Positions 39,367-52,070 of a stretch of 64,000 nt of DNA are shown here, one piece after another. Under the pieces are notes generated by a model. That model worked only from the letters and a program-made list of their open reading frames with translations. It searched no databases and was not told the DNA's origin. This stretch comes from Octopus sinensis (taxonomy: Eukaryota): positions 84,382,001-84,446,000 of the forward strand of contig NC_043000.1 of NCBI RefSeq assembly GCF_006345805.1. Reading direction: 5' to 3'. The position numbers and the translations under genes are program-made. Positions within the stretch are counted from its first letter, which is position 1. Each line of letters begins with the position of its first letter.

Positions 39367-40620
39367 CAGGCATACCTCGGCTTAAGTCATTTCGATTTAA
39401 GTCGTTCTAGATTATACGTAGGTTTTCAAAAATAATATATGGAAAAATAAAAATCAAGTTAAGTCATTTTACTTGACTTTACGTCTGTCCACCATGAATA
39501 CTGGAATCATAAAATCACTAGAAAACGGTTAAAATCATATTAACATGCGTAAGTAAATGTTAAGATACACACCATAAAGTAGTGTAGCTTAGTGGACGAA
39601 ACCATGAAATCAGCTGTGTTGTCTTATTTATCGGTTTTTCGGACCACATATTGCACTGTAGTTCCAATATCTACCGTCAGGCGTCGTTGTCACTCATGAT
39701 TTCCGCGATTGTTTTGAATTCAAATTTGTGTACGTATGTTTATCGGCTATTTTCTCACTCTCGTTCATTTGCGACTTTAATTTTTACCCCCATTGTTCCT
39801 AAGAAAATTCATACTGAAAGTACTAAGTGTATAACGCAGGAAGATAAACTGGCTATGCTAAAACGCCATGAAAAAGGTGAAAAAGTGGTAGCAATTGCAG
39901 TCGGACAACTGTATCGACGACTGTACATAATAAGGACAAGATTTTAGCATATATAAAAGCTGAAACCCCAGGGATGAAGAACATTGTCACTAGGCAAATC
40001 TACGAAGAATTGGAAAGTCTTCTTTCTCCTTTGATTATTAGGTTGAATCGTCAGCATTGGTCAAGAAATCATTCGAGAGAAAGCGTTGTCTTTGTTTGAG
40101 GACCGGAAGAAAAACTATCAAGGCAAGTCAAGGATGGTTCATGAGAAGAAGCTATGACTCCATTAAGATGCAAGCTGAAAGTGTATAAGCTGACGGACAA
40201 GTAGCAGCAGAATTCCCTAAAGGATTAAAGAAAATAATCGAAGAAAACTGGTTTCTTCCCGAACAGGTTTTTAACGTAGACGAAACTAGGTTGTGTTGGA
40301 AAAAAATTGCCCGACCATTCATTCGTTTCCAAGGCGGAGAGAAATTTTCCAGGCTACAAGGTCTAAAATGTTGGGAGGTAATTGTGCAGGAGATTTTAAG
40401 TTAAAGTCATTGCTTATGTATCATGCACATAACCCCTATGTCTTGAAGAACTGACCCTGTTATAACGATGCGTTACTGTTGTTTTTGAAGAGGGGTTCTT
40501 TAACCATTTTATCCCAGCAGCAGAGAAGTACTGTAAGGAGAAGGAGATTCCTTTTAAGGTTTGTGTCAGCTATTACAAGAAAAGTAAGTACGTGATACAA
40601 AACGCTTCAAGTAAGATATA
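39367..40620 (+). mobile_element. Tigger1/TIGD1-like pogo element, 5' TIR plus decayed transposase
   Basis: TA|CAGGCATACCTCGG terminus; VPKK..KCITQEDKLAMLKRHEKGEKVVAIA HTH; FLPEQVFNVDETRLCWKKLP; GGNCAGDFKLK. Confidence 0.85.
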
Positions 40621-40883
40621 GGATCCCTAATACCTACTGCAATTGCGATCCCATTCCATGGACTTTTATTTATCACTATCTGCCAAATTTGTATTCAAAA
40701 AAATTAATTCATTACCTCAGTTTCTTAATACCATATCATAAGCTGCTAACGAAAACGGTAATTATACATTTTACGCTTATCAACTTGAAACGACTTCCAG
40801 CTGCGGGCTAATTCAACTTCAACCGTCCACAGTAGTGCACCATTATAATAATTACATCATCCAAAGGACGGTTGCATTTGCTA

Positions 40884-40934
<51 letters not shown>

Positions 40935-41272
40935 GAGAGAGAGAGAGAGAGGGAGAGAATTATATGTACATGCAACTATATAGGCATACATATGCACATG
41001 TAACATATTATGATATGATAGTTTAGATCAAACGAACTAGAAAACAACACTTCTGCGAACAATTCAATATATTTTAAACGTAGACTACATATGTATTTAT
41101 TAGTTTATGTTTGCGCCTGATTGTATTCATATACGTAACCTCACTATCACTAGAGGTCAGAACCTGTATAAAACATGAAGTGGGGCAGTAATGAGGTTTG
41201 AATCTAAAGTAAGCAGTCTATGTATGTATTTATGTATGTATGTATGTATGTATGTATGTATGTATGTATCAG

Positions 41273-41322
<50 letters not shown>

Positions 41323-41325
<3 letters not shown>

Positions 41326-41890
41326 TTTTCGTCGGAAATTAATTAGCACTTCTCAAATTTCTACATTTTCTTACATTTTCTTAATTTAATTAACTTATTA
41401 TCAGAAACGAACTCGTTTTTAATCAAAAATTTATTAAAACATATCCCAGCACACCACATAATTGTTATTAATCGTGAAATTTAGTCAATATCTTGTTGCA
41501 CCTCCTTTGGCAGCAATGACAGCTGCTACGCGGGTCGGCATGTTGTCTATGAGTGCCTGCAGGTACTGTGCAGGGATGGCCCCTCATGCAGCAAGAAGTG
41601 CCCCAAACAGCTCGTGTCGGTTCCTGTATTGCTGCACATTCAAATCCCTACCCAATCGACTCCAGAGGTTCTCAATAGGGTTCAGGTCAGGTGACTGGCC
41701 AGCACGTACTCCTCGCCACCAAAGAGGTATCCCGTACTATCTCAACGTACTTTGCTGCGTTGATGTTGCCTTCGACGGCATAGAGCCGCCCAACACCACT
41801 GTAGCTGAACGCCCCTCACACCATCAGACCACTTCCACCATGCTTCATGGTGAGCAAATCAAGGGTGCTAATTAATTTCTGACGGTAGTG
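41323..41890 (-). mobile_element. Internally deleted Tc1 element with both TIRs
   Basis: TIRs cacttttcgtcggaaattaattagcac and gtgctaattaatttctgacggtagtg. Minus-strand remnants TMKHGGSGLMV*GAFS..G.G.L and SPDLNPIENLW...MPTRVAAVIAAKGGATRY*. Confidence 0.85.
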
Positions 41891-41934
41891 TGTGTCTGTG
41901 TGTGTATCTGTGTGTGTGTCTGTGTGTTTAACTT

Positions 41935-42567
41935 CCCGGCACATCTCCTCCTAGCCAACAAATCGTAGAACCACCAAAAATGGGTCACTTATAGTTTAGG
42001 CAAATGAAAATTGAACTGCGCTATTTCTGTTCCGAAATTCATCTCGCAAGTGCAAAAATCGATAATGTGTTTGTTTAGGCCTTATCCTATGCATTGAATA
42101 GGGAACTTTATTCAGTCAGCTGTTTGACGTGAACTGTGTTCACCACGCGTGCAAACATGCGTAAATTGCATGAAAAATAAAAAATCAAGATATAAAAACG
42201 AATCACCGTAAACATTGTAGAAATTCGGCAAAGAAATGAATTTTCGCGATGTAGCCTGGAGGTTTTTTTCGTATTAATATATATATATATATATATGAGA
42301 GTATGATAGAAGAAGGCTAACTCTTCCTTTCGTAGAAGAAAAAATTCAAATCGCACCATGTTAATACCAAAAATTATTTACATCAAAAAGGTGCCTTTTT
42401 TCTATGAAAGTCCCTATTTTTTACGATGTTTTGACTGGTGTGTCGCCATTTTTCGGTGTATTTCACTTAAAGAGAATAACAAGCTACATACTGTCAAATT
42501 TTTACTTTTCAAAAATTCCAATTCTAAAGGGTCTAAACTAACCGCAACGCCGGGCGATACTGCTAGT
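41935..42567 (+). mobile_element. Possible non-autonomous Helitron ending in CTAG|T
   Basis: 3' end ccgcaacgccgggcgatactgCTAG|T with a weak GC hairpin; 5' boundary uncertain. Confidence 0.45.
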
Positions 42568-42589
42568 ATATATATATATATTATATATA

Positions 42590-42635
<46 letters not shown>

Positions 42636-42764
42636 TATATAATTGCAGCGTGGAAGGTGTTTATAAGCCATTTAAGAAACACACAAACGCCGTTAGATTC
42701 ACTTCAACATTTAAATTTAATTTGTTAAAATATTTTGATCGTTTTGAGACCGCGACCTGTTCAC

Positions 42765-42818
<54 letters not shown>

Positions 42819-43056
42819 TGTTATATTTCGGAATGGTCATTTTGCCAGTTTAGCCAATAAAAACACACGCACTATATATTTGGTGTTACTTTGCTTCAGT
42901 GTTATTTATTTTTTACATTAATCTTAATCTTATTTCGGCCAATTTCTTTAACCGGAGTTATAATCAGTTACCCTCTTTCTCACTTTCTTCCTTTCTCCTT
43001 TTCTCTCTCTCCCAACTCTCTTTCTTTATCACTCTATCTCTCTCTATATATATACG

Positions 43057-43097
<41 letters not shown>

Positions 43098-43236
43098 ATT
43101 TATATATACACATTCATATGTATATACATACACATACGTACATATATATATCTACATATTCATATATTTTTATATATGTATACACTCACACATATAGATA
43201 TATACATATATATATCTATATCTATCTATCTATCTA

Positions 43237-43276
<40 letters not shown>

Positions 43277-44341
43277 AAGAAACTGAGGAAAAGAAATCCT
43301 TCAAAAGAGTGTGTTAAACAACCAATTCACTGGTACTTTCTGAACCAAGAACCCTGAAGTGACTTATATACAGTGGAACTGTGATTATGTATATCAGAAA
43401 AAAATATATATCCCGAAACAATTTGTTGACCTTAACGCTTTTTATAATTATTTATATAATATTATGCTGTGTAATATATTATATTCATAGCATTTAATGT
43501 AATATTGTAATATAAATAAATTATTGGATTGTCAATAGAATCTCTCTCTCTCTCTCTCGATATATATATATATATATATACATATATATATAGATAGATA
43601 TAGATAGATAGATATATACACGCGTACGTACATATATATGTATATTCATCTGCATGTTTATGTATTTATATGCCTTTTATTTATATATTTAGATACCCAT
43701 ACTTTTTCTCTACCCATCCGTTAATGCAGCTCTATCGTAAAACTCATACTCATATATCTCACACTTATTCACTCCTTACCTTCTCATTTCTTCCTATCCC
43801 TCCCCACTCCTCTCCCATCCTCTTCTCACATTATCTTGACCACCAGCTGCTACTCCTTTTCTCACTTCTTTCACCCTCTCTTCACTTTTTCACTCTTTCC
43901 CTTTTTCTTTTGTTTGTTCTCTCTTTCTTCTTCATTTTCTTTTCCTTTTATCACTAAGACCTATCCCCGCATTCTTATCACACACATCTCCCATCACCAC
44001 CAACACCACCACCACCACTATCTATCCACAAATACTACCAATATATTCTGAAATTTTCATTCACACCTCAAGACCCTTTCGAATGAGCAACACAGAATCC
44101 ACGGCTCCATATTTGAAATGACTAAACATGAACTGCTATTGGAACGTACACAACATGTACAGGAAACATTTTTACCCCACTTTCCTCGAATAATGGAACT
44201 GCAACTACAATATCATTATATATTTTATATTTTGTTCCTACTTTCATTCTCTTATTACTCTCTGTATTCCCTATCGCCTCCTTTTCCATAACACAATTCC
44301 TTATTTTGAACTCAAATGCTTATATCTAACCATCTCATATC

Positions 44342-44389
44342 GTCTCTGATGAAAGGATATCTATAATATCCTAGAAACAGCTGGAAGAC
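44342..44389 (+). ncRNA. Minimal hammerhead-like motif with a cleavage-site substitution
   Basis: GTCT-CTGATGA-AAGGATAT-ctata-ATATCCTA-GAAACAGCTGGA-AGAC. Stem I GTCT/AGAC and a 7-bp stem II pair; position 16.1 is G instead of U. Confidence 0.7.
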
Positions 44390-44464
44390 TATTCCTATAT
44401 CTTTTTCCTTATAAATGTCCTGAAAACTACTCACAGTCTTCGCTTTGTTATCGTTATCTCATTT

Positions 44465-44556
<92 letters not shown>

Positions 44557-44709
44557 AGTAGGTGAATGAATTATCCTATGTTTAGCGTCAGCATGGAAAA
44601 TTCGTTTAACCGAAACCTGGGTAGCAAATTCACGTCAGAAAACACGGTTGAAGCGACCTGTCAGGGGTAGAAACTCCGGGTTCATGTGTAGAAATTTGTG
44701 TGTTGTATG

Positions 44710-44928
44710 TGAATAAATGAAAGAATGGAGTCGAACGAAGATGTTAACAAAATTCCTTTACTCTCGACCCATGTTTCGAAGACAGCATATTTTTATTCCG
44801 AAGGAATAAAGGGTGCATTATGCAATCTTTATTCCTTCGGAATAAAAATATGCTGTCTTCGAAACATGTGTCGAGAGTAAAGGAATTTTGTTAACATCTT
44901 CGTTTCACTCCATTCTTTCATTTATTCA
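44710..44928. repeat. Near-perfect 219-bp palindrome
   Basis: Arms 44710-44811 and 44827-44928 with about 3 mismatches; ~15-nt centre ggtgcattatgcaat. Confidence 0.95.
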
Positions 44929-44949
44929 TATATATATATATATATATTA

Positions 44950-44990
<41 letters not shown>

Positions 44991-45134
44991 CATGAAAGAC
45001 GTACTAGGTACGATTTTACAAATGTATACACGAAGGTATATACTAATACGTTATTGATAATATGATTTTATGACGCAAAATACATATCCACAATTACAAC
45101 CATGCGCAAGTTATCTACGTGTGTACGTCTACAC

Positions 45135-45237
<103 letters not shown>

Positions 45238-45669
45238 GTGCGTCAGTGTTTGTGTGGTGTACGTGCGTGTGCGCGGGTATTTGTTTATATCAGTATATTT
45301 ACACACACACACACACAAACATGTACACTCACGCATATATATAGATATATATATCATTCTTTTGTGCCTAGTCATGAGTGTGTGTGTGTGTATGTGTGTC
45401 TTTTATGTGTGTGTTTATGTGTGTTTGTGTGTGTGTTTGTCAGTATGTGTGTGTGTGTGTGTGTGCGTGTGTGTGTATGTGTGTGTGTGTGTGTGTGTGT
45501 GTCTTGTAGTAATAATATATTTCAATCATTCCGATTTGGCGAGTTCAATATGTTTTATAATCGTCCATTCAATCATATTTATTTCAAAAATCGATAAATA
45601 TTCATCTACTTAATATTAAAACATAACAATGTTGATGTCCCTTTTGGGCTCATTGCATTGCAATCAATC

Positions 45670-45778
<109 letters not shown>

Positions 45779-46060
45779 TGTATGTCTGCATGTATGTATC
45801 TATGTATGTATCTATGTATGTATATATAAATATACATACTATATATATATATATATGTGAATATACATACAATAGATAGATATATACACATACATGCATA
45901 AATACATACATACGTACATACATACATACATAAATACATTCGTACGTACGTACATATTATGAATCATATAGTTTAAATGTTACATATTCAGAGATAGCCT
46001 ATGCATTAATCGTACAAGTTCCGATAAAAGTAAATATATATATTATATATATATATATAA

Positions 46061-46113
<53 letters not shown>

Positions 46114-46118
46114 CATAC

Positions 46119-46201
<83 letters not shown>

Positions 46202-46350
46202 TATGTCATATCTATGTCTCTGCACACTTAATCACAAACCTACGCAAAAAGAGCACAGAGGAAAAAGTATGACTTTATACATATATGTGTGTGTGTTTGT
46301 GTATGTATCTGTGTGTGCCAGTGTGTATCTGTGTGTGTACAGATATATAT

Positions 46351-47020
46351 AGGCGTGGGTGTGTAGTAAGAAGCTTGCTTGCCAAGCACATGATTCCGGG
46401 TTCAGTACCTATTTCTTTACTGCACACAAGGAGCTACACACAGAGAGGACAAACAAGGACAGACAAACGGATTAAGCCGATTATATCGACCCCCAACGCG
46501 TAACTGGTATTTATTTAATCGACCCCGAAAGGATGAAAGGCAAAGTTGGCCTCGGCGGAATTTGAACTCAGAGCGTAGCGGCAGGCGAAATACCACGAAG
46601 CATTCCACCCGGCGTGCTAACGCTTCTGCCAGTTCGCCACCCTTCCGGAACAGTTCCGGGTTCAGTACCTTTGCGTGATACCTTTGGCAAGTGTCTTATA
46701 TTATAGCCTTGGGCTGACCAAAGCCTTGTGAATGGATTTGGTAGGCGGAAACTGAAAGTAGCCCGTCGTGTATATTCGCATATGATTAAGTGTGTGTATG
46801 TCTTAGTATGTCTGTGTTTGTTCCCCCACCATTGCTTGACAACCGGTGTCGGTGTGTTTACGATCCCGTACCCTAACGGTTCGGCAAAGTCATCGATAGC
46901 ATAAGTACTATGCTTTAAAAGAATAAGTGTTAGAGTCGGTTTCTTCGACTAAAAATTCCTTTAATGCTTTGTCCCAGCATGTCCGCAGTCAAATGACTGA
47001 AGCAGGTAAAAGAATAGAAA
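46351..47020 (+). mobile_element. SINE family A interrupted by a family B SINE
   Basis: Head at 46351-46410 resumes at 46654; tail cccagcatgtccgcagtcaaatgactgaagcaggtaaaaga. Confidence 0.85.
46411..46653 (-). mobile_element. SINE family B inserted with a 17-bp target-site duplication
   Basis: ttccgggttcagtacct at 46394-46410 and 46654-46670; the insert is the reverse complement of the family B copy at 54543-54787. Confidence 0.85.
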
Positions 47021-47203
47021 AACGTATGTGTGTATAAATATGCACTGTGTGTGTACGTATGAGTGTGTGTGTGTGTTGGTGTGGTTGAAGGGGTTTTGTA
47101 CATGCTAGGATATGGAAACGTGTTTGCGGGTAGGTATGTGGATATATATATCTATAAATACAAACATTTATATATACATGTATGTATATGCATACATACA
47201 TGC

Positions 47204-47318
<115 letters not shown>

Positions 47319-47447
47319 CCCTGCCCCATATTATATATGAATATTTGTACATAGATAAGTTTACACTTTATATGACGCTTGGGAGAATTTCTTGTTGCAA
47401 TACATACATACACACACACAAACATATGATCCGTACCATAAATATTG

Positions 47448-47519
<72 letters not shown>

Positions 47520-47556
47520 ACTATCTATCTATCTACCTACCTACCTACCTACCTAC

Positions 47557-47603
<47 letters not shown>

Positions 47604-47887
47604 ACTATCTCTATATATATGAGTAACAAAGAGGTGTTGGTTACAATTCATTACACCCGTTTCCAACGATTACAGTTATTGATTAACGAAAACATTACAT
47701 CATTGTTAAAAAACCTTTTTCGTCGAATGAATTCTTGAGTTTCAAGCATTAATGATAATTCGACTTATTTAACATAGTAGCAAATTCACGGACCAAAAGT
47801 ATTTACATTGATTCTGCTAGAAATAATATATTTCTAAATTTCTCGGAGAGATTTATACAGTAGCGGCACAATAGAGTGACAGTATTT

Positions 47888-48113
47888 TGTCAACTTAATG
47901 TGACAGTCCCATGAAAGGGAGCTATGATACTCCAGACAGAAGATGAGCAATGACTCTGAAACTAGTCTCTGATTGCTGGGTGGAGGTGCTTATCTCCCCT
48001 TTGTAAACATAAGGACACAGGAAATGTGTCAAGGCCAACAGGAAACGGCGTTTCCTATGGCTAAATAGCAGTAGTATTCTTCCCTTTCAAGGAACTGTCA
48101 CATTAAGTTGACA
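47888..48113. mobile_element. MITE-like element, 33-bp TIRs
   Basis: tgtcaacttaatgtgacagtcccatgaaaggga versus tccctttcaaggaactgtcacattaagttgaca (2 mismatches); no clear TSD. Confidence 0.75.
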
Positions 48114-48454
48114 GCATACCATCATTTTATTGTGCTCTGAGAGATTTCGAAATGTACTATTTCTATTTTCGAAATCAGCGAATGCATTTCACTTGAATTA
48201 TTTGCCCCTTTTTGCTGATGTTTACAAAAGCAGATAGGCATCTATAGCTAGCAAGGCCACGCCTTTTTCGTCTGCAACACAGTGTAGTTTTCAGTTGTTA
48301 CCTGCGGTATGTGAGTTCGTTTCCTGTTTTGTTATTGCGGTTTTATGTTGTATTTGAATTGAACATTTTATTGGAATTTTGAACTGTTGTCCTGCGGAAA
48401 ACTGCGGGGTAGAAAATTTCTGTGATTTTGTGAAGACAATTTCTGGAAATTTTC

Positions 48455-49412
48455 GTGTCATTTGTGACCAACGAAGTTATGAAGAGTCAACCAGCCGTCA
48501 GCTATGCTACAGCAGCAGTCAGGGGTATAAATAGCGACGTTGTGCAGGTCAAGGAAGTAAAATTCGACGAACGAAAACTAAGAATAGCTAACGAGCTAAT
48601 TGTTAAAGAAGGAAGCAGCCTGAGACTGACCCCTCCAAAAGAAATATTGGAAGAAAGAGCGAAAAGAAGGGTTGTGTATAGAACACTGTCTAACATCAGC
48701 AAAAATGTGGAAATAGCAACCATTGAAGCAATGGAGGAGTGCCTCGAGGAGGTGAAGCACCTTACGACGTATTGCACCAGAAGCAAGAAGTGCGGCAATT
48801 AAGGTCGAATAAGTGGGCTCTACTACCAACTAGAATTAGAATTGATGAAACATGGCTGATGGAAGCTATCCTCTTCAACACGGGGGGAGGAAACCAATGT
48901 CCTGAAGGTCACGAGGACAACAGAGGTAAACTGGTTTGGATACGGCCTTGAGATGACGGTCCAGATCAGTGTCTCGGATCTGCATAAAATTGTGGATGAG
49001 ATTGTATTGCCGGAGGTGGTCAAACTAAGAGGGGTAATGGAGGAAGACCTCCCATCTGCTACCACTGCGGAGTACGGGGTCACATGAAAGCGAGGTGTCC
49101 CATGAAACAAGAAGTGGAACAGGAGCAACAGCAGCAGGAGGTGAAGCAAGGTGTCGTGGCGCAAGGCCAGGTAAAGGAAGTAATGGAAACAGTAGAAGGG
49201 AAATACCCAGTCGGAAAGAGGAAGAAAAAAAGGGAGGAAAATGCATTATTGCCTCCAAAAAGGCCGCAAAAAAAAAGAGAAGAGGCAATTTGGAGGAGAT
49301 GCAGATAGAAGATGCAGAAGTAGCAAAAAAGAAAATTGCAGAAGAGAGAACAAATGGAAAAGAAAGTATGCATTTTTTTTTCTGCAAGTACTTGATAATA
49401 ACATGACGTCAC
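48455..49412 (+). pseudogene. L1/Tx1-type ORF1 (gag-like) remnant with CCHC zinc knuckle
   Basis: GRPPICYHCGVRGHMKARCP (CX2CX4HX4C, 49057-49098) followed by a Q/E/K-rich tail; frameshifts and stops between ORFs 48455..48802 and 49084..49308. Confidence 0.65.
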
Positions 49413-49616
49413 ATTTTGTCGATTTTTAAGAGATGTCGCTACCCGTTACATTTGAAGTCTTCTTTTAGCAGTCAGATATCACATTACATGGAAAGAAATA
49501 TTGCAGTTATTAATAAGAAGGGTTCAAATTAATGCATGCAAGATTTCACAGCTGTAGCATCATTCCTTCATAGGCAGTCTATGAATTTTCAGCCGACCCT
49601 CATATGTGTATGTGTG

Positions 49617-49650
<34 letters not shown>

Positions 49651-50361
49651 TGTGTATGTATGTATGTATGTATGTATGTATGTATGTATGTATGTATGTA
49701 TGTATGTATAAAACGCACATAGTTAGCATAGTTAACTCAATACATCAGTATAACACAGTATCACACAAATACAGTGATTTATTAACCTACATACAATAAC
49801 TGTATACGTATCAAAATTAATGAGTTTTCAAGTAATGAATTAATTTCTCTCTTAACAGTTTTATGAGGTCGATTTTCATCAGACACACACAAACGCACAC
49901 ACACACACGCACACATACCCTCACATACATAGCGACACACGCATGTATATAACGCATATAGGGCTAGGGGGATTTGTGTGTCTGTGTGTGTGTGTGCGTG
50001 TGTGTGTTTGTGTGGTAACAAGACAGATATGATCGTCATAGAGCGTCTCTAAATCAGTTTAAACGAGGAATATATTCACTGAGAGTGTTTCGAAATGATA
50101 TAAAAATCATTTCAGAGTCATGATCAGTACCGTTGTAGAATAATGTATAGAAATAAACGCATATAAAGAAAATACTAAAATATCCTTATATTTACCTTGT
50201 GGTGTGCATTTCTACTTTTATATATATATATAAATATATATATATATGTATGTATGTGTGTACGTACATACATACATACATATACATACATACATACATA
50301 CATACATACATACATACATGCACACATGCAGCCATATATGCATGCTTATATATGTATATAT

Positions 50362-50556
50362 AAGGCGCCGAGCTGGCAGAATCATTAGCGCGCCGGGCAA
50401 ATGCTTAGCAGCAATTCGTCCGTTCAAATTCTGCCGAGGTCGACTTTGCATTTCTTCATCTCAGGGTCGATAAAATAAGTACTAGTCGAGCACTGGGGTG
50501 GATGTAATCGACTTGTCTTTCTCAAAAATTTCAGACCTTGTGCCTATTGTAGAAAG
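50362..50556 (+). mobile_element. SINE family B
   Basis: aaggcgccgagctggcagaatcattagcgcgccgggcaaatgcttagc...ttcaaattctgccgaggtcgactttg. Confidence 0.8.
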
Positions 50557-51118
50557 GTATGGAGCTGGAATTCTAAAATTGCAAAAGAGAGGTGATGAAA
50601 ATGGATATGAAGAAAAGAAAAATGTTGACAGTACACAGAGCCTTCCACCCTAAGAGTGACACCGATAGGCTGCACTTGTCCAGAAGAAAGGGTGGGAAAG
50701 GTGTGATCAGTTGATAGGACTATCGAAGCAGAAGAAAACAGCTTAGGGTAGTATGTAAAATACGCCATGGAACCATTGTTGAAACATACGAATAAGACCA
50801 GTGTCATGAAAACTAAGAATTGTGTAATGCAAATTCTACAGAAGAAATGAGCACAAAACAGAAACAGCATGGAAGGAGAAAAAATGTACAGTCAATTTGA
50901 AAGAGATGCGAACACCAAGACAGATACAGAAAACCGGCTATGGATGAGGGGGAGTGACCTGAAGGTTGAGACAGAAGCACTTATTTGCGCAGCTCAGGAA
51001 CAAGCGATAAGGACCAACAATGTGAAGTGCAGAATAGACAACACTACCGACATCAAGAAATACATAATGTGTGATGAGAGAAGTGAAACGGTATGGCACA
51101 TTGTTAGCGACGAGAGTT
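50557..51118 (+). mobile_element. R4-clade LINE internal fragment
   Basis: YGAGIL...HRAFHPKSDTDRLHL and LWMRGSDLKVETEALICAAQEQAIRTNNVKCRID...CDERSETVWHIVS. Confidence 0.8.
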
Positions 51119-51139
51119 TGTCATCAAATAATGATAATA

Positions 51140-51400
51140 ACTAGCTGGACCCGTGAAAAATTTCACGGAAAATATTAAAAAAATGTAAGTACCTGTAATT
51201 TGTGTGATGGTGCCACGAGAAATGTTTCTATACTGTGACAGTTACAGAATATACGTGTAAAACCGATAACTATATACTCCAACCAAAGTATCTCAGTTAC
51301 GCAAACGTAAACGGAATTACTATTCAGCCTTAAAATACATCGTACTTATTCAAAGAAACTTCTTGGTTTAGTGGTACGGACGTTCTTCTGGCATACTTTT
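51140..51400 (-). mobile_element. Helitron-like 3' terminus
   Basis: Minus strand reads ccgtgaaa-tt-tttcacgg (8-bp hairpin), gtccag, CTAG|T. Upstream extent uncertain. Confidence 0.6.
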
Positions 51401-51404
51401 ATTC

Positions 51405-51598
51405 TTTTATTTCTTTCAGTCATTTGATGGTGGCCCTGCTGGAGTCACCGCCCTTTAGTCGAAGCAATCGACTCCTGAACTTATTCCCTGTAAGCCTGGT
51501 GCTTATTCTATCAGTTTCTTCTGCCGAACAGCTAGCTTGCAGCGATGCAAACACACCAGCATCGGTTGTCAAACAATAGTGGGGTGGGGCAAACACAC
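51405..51598 (-). mobile_element. SINE family A, 3' half
   Basis: Reverse complement of ...gacaaccgatgctggtgtgttt...gagtcgattgcttcgactaaagggcggtgactccagcagggccacc... Confidence 0.75.
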
Positions 51599-51625
51599 AC
51601 ACATAAATATTATATATAATATATA

Positions 51626-51669
<44 letters not shown>

Positions 51670-51684
51670 ATATATATATATATA

Positions 51685-51728
<44 letters not shown>

Positions 51729-51859
51729 TTCATAAAAGAATATTTGAATAAAATTACGTTAATATTTTTATCAAGTAGTCAGCATGTATAAAAAAAAACT
51801 ATGGTATGCATGTCTGTGGATTACAGTCACTTCCACGTTAATTTTACAAGTAGACTGTT

Positions 51860-52070
51860 CGTTGATCAGATAAACAGGAACCTCGTCGTCGTAACCGACG
51901 GAGTGCAATTTTTTAAAAAAAGTCATGTTTTTAATTACTGTTCCGTCGTATATTCGCCCTTGACTCACGCGCATTTTGATAACAGCCAGCGCATCGATGT
52001 TTATCTGGGGGACTTGGCCTCGAGATCTGTGAGACCCACAAATGCCGCGGTTAGGGCCGGATTAACACCT
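51860..52070 (-). pseudogene. Possible piggyBac-like transposase Cys-rich C-terminal fragment
   Basis: Minus strand PRHLWVSQISRPSPPDKHRCAGCYQNARE, then a frameshift to QGRIYDGTVIKNMTF; resembles R.RC.GCY. The second CxxC pair is not seen. Confidence 0.3.

Noticed and set aside
40825-40885. Third Helitron-like end (AACCGTCC...GGACGGTT...CTAG|T)
   Set aside because: Hairpin loop of about 37 nt is too large for a typical Helitron terminator.
43350-43435. CTGAAGTGA...CCCGAAACAATTTGTT hammerhead-like words
   Set aside because: Core is altered and stems I and II do not pair.
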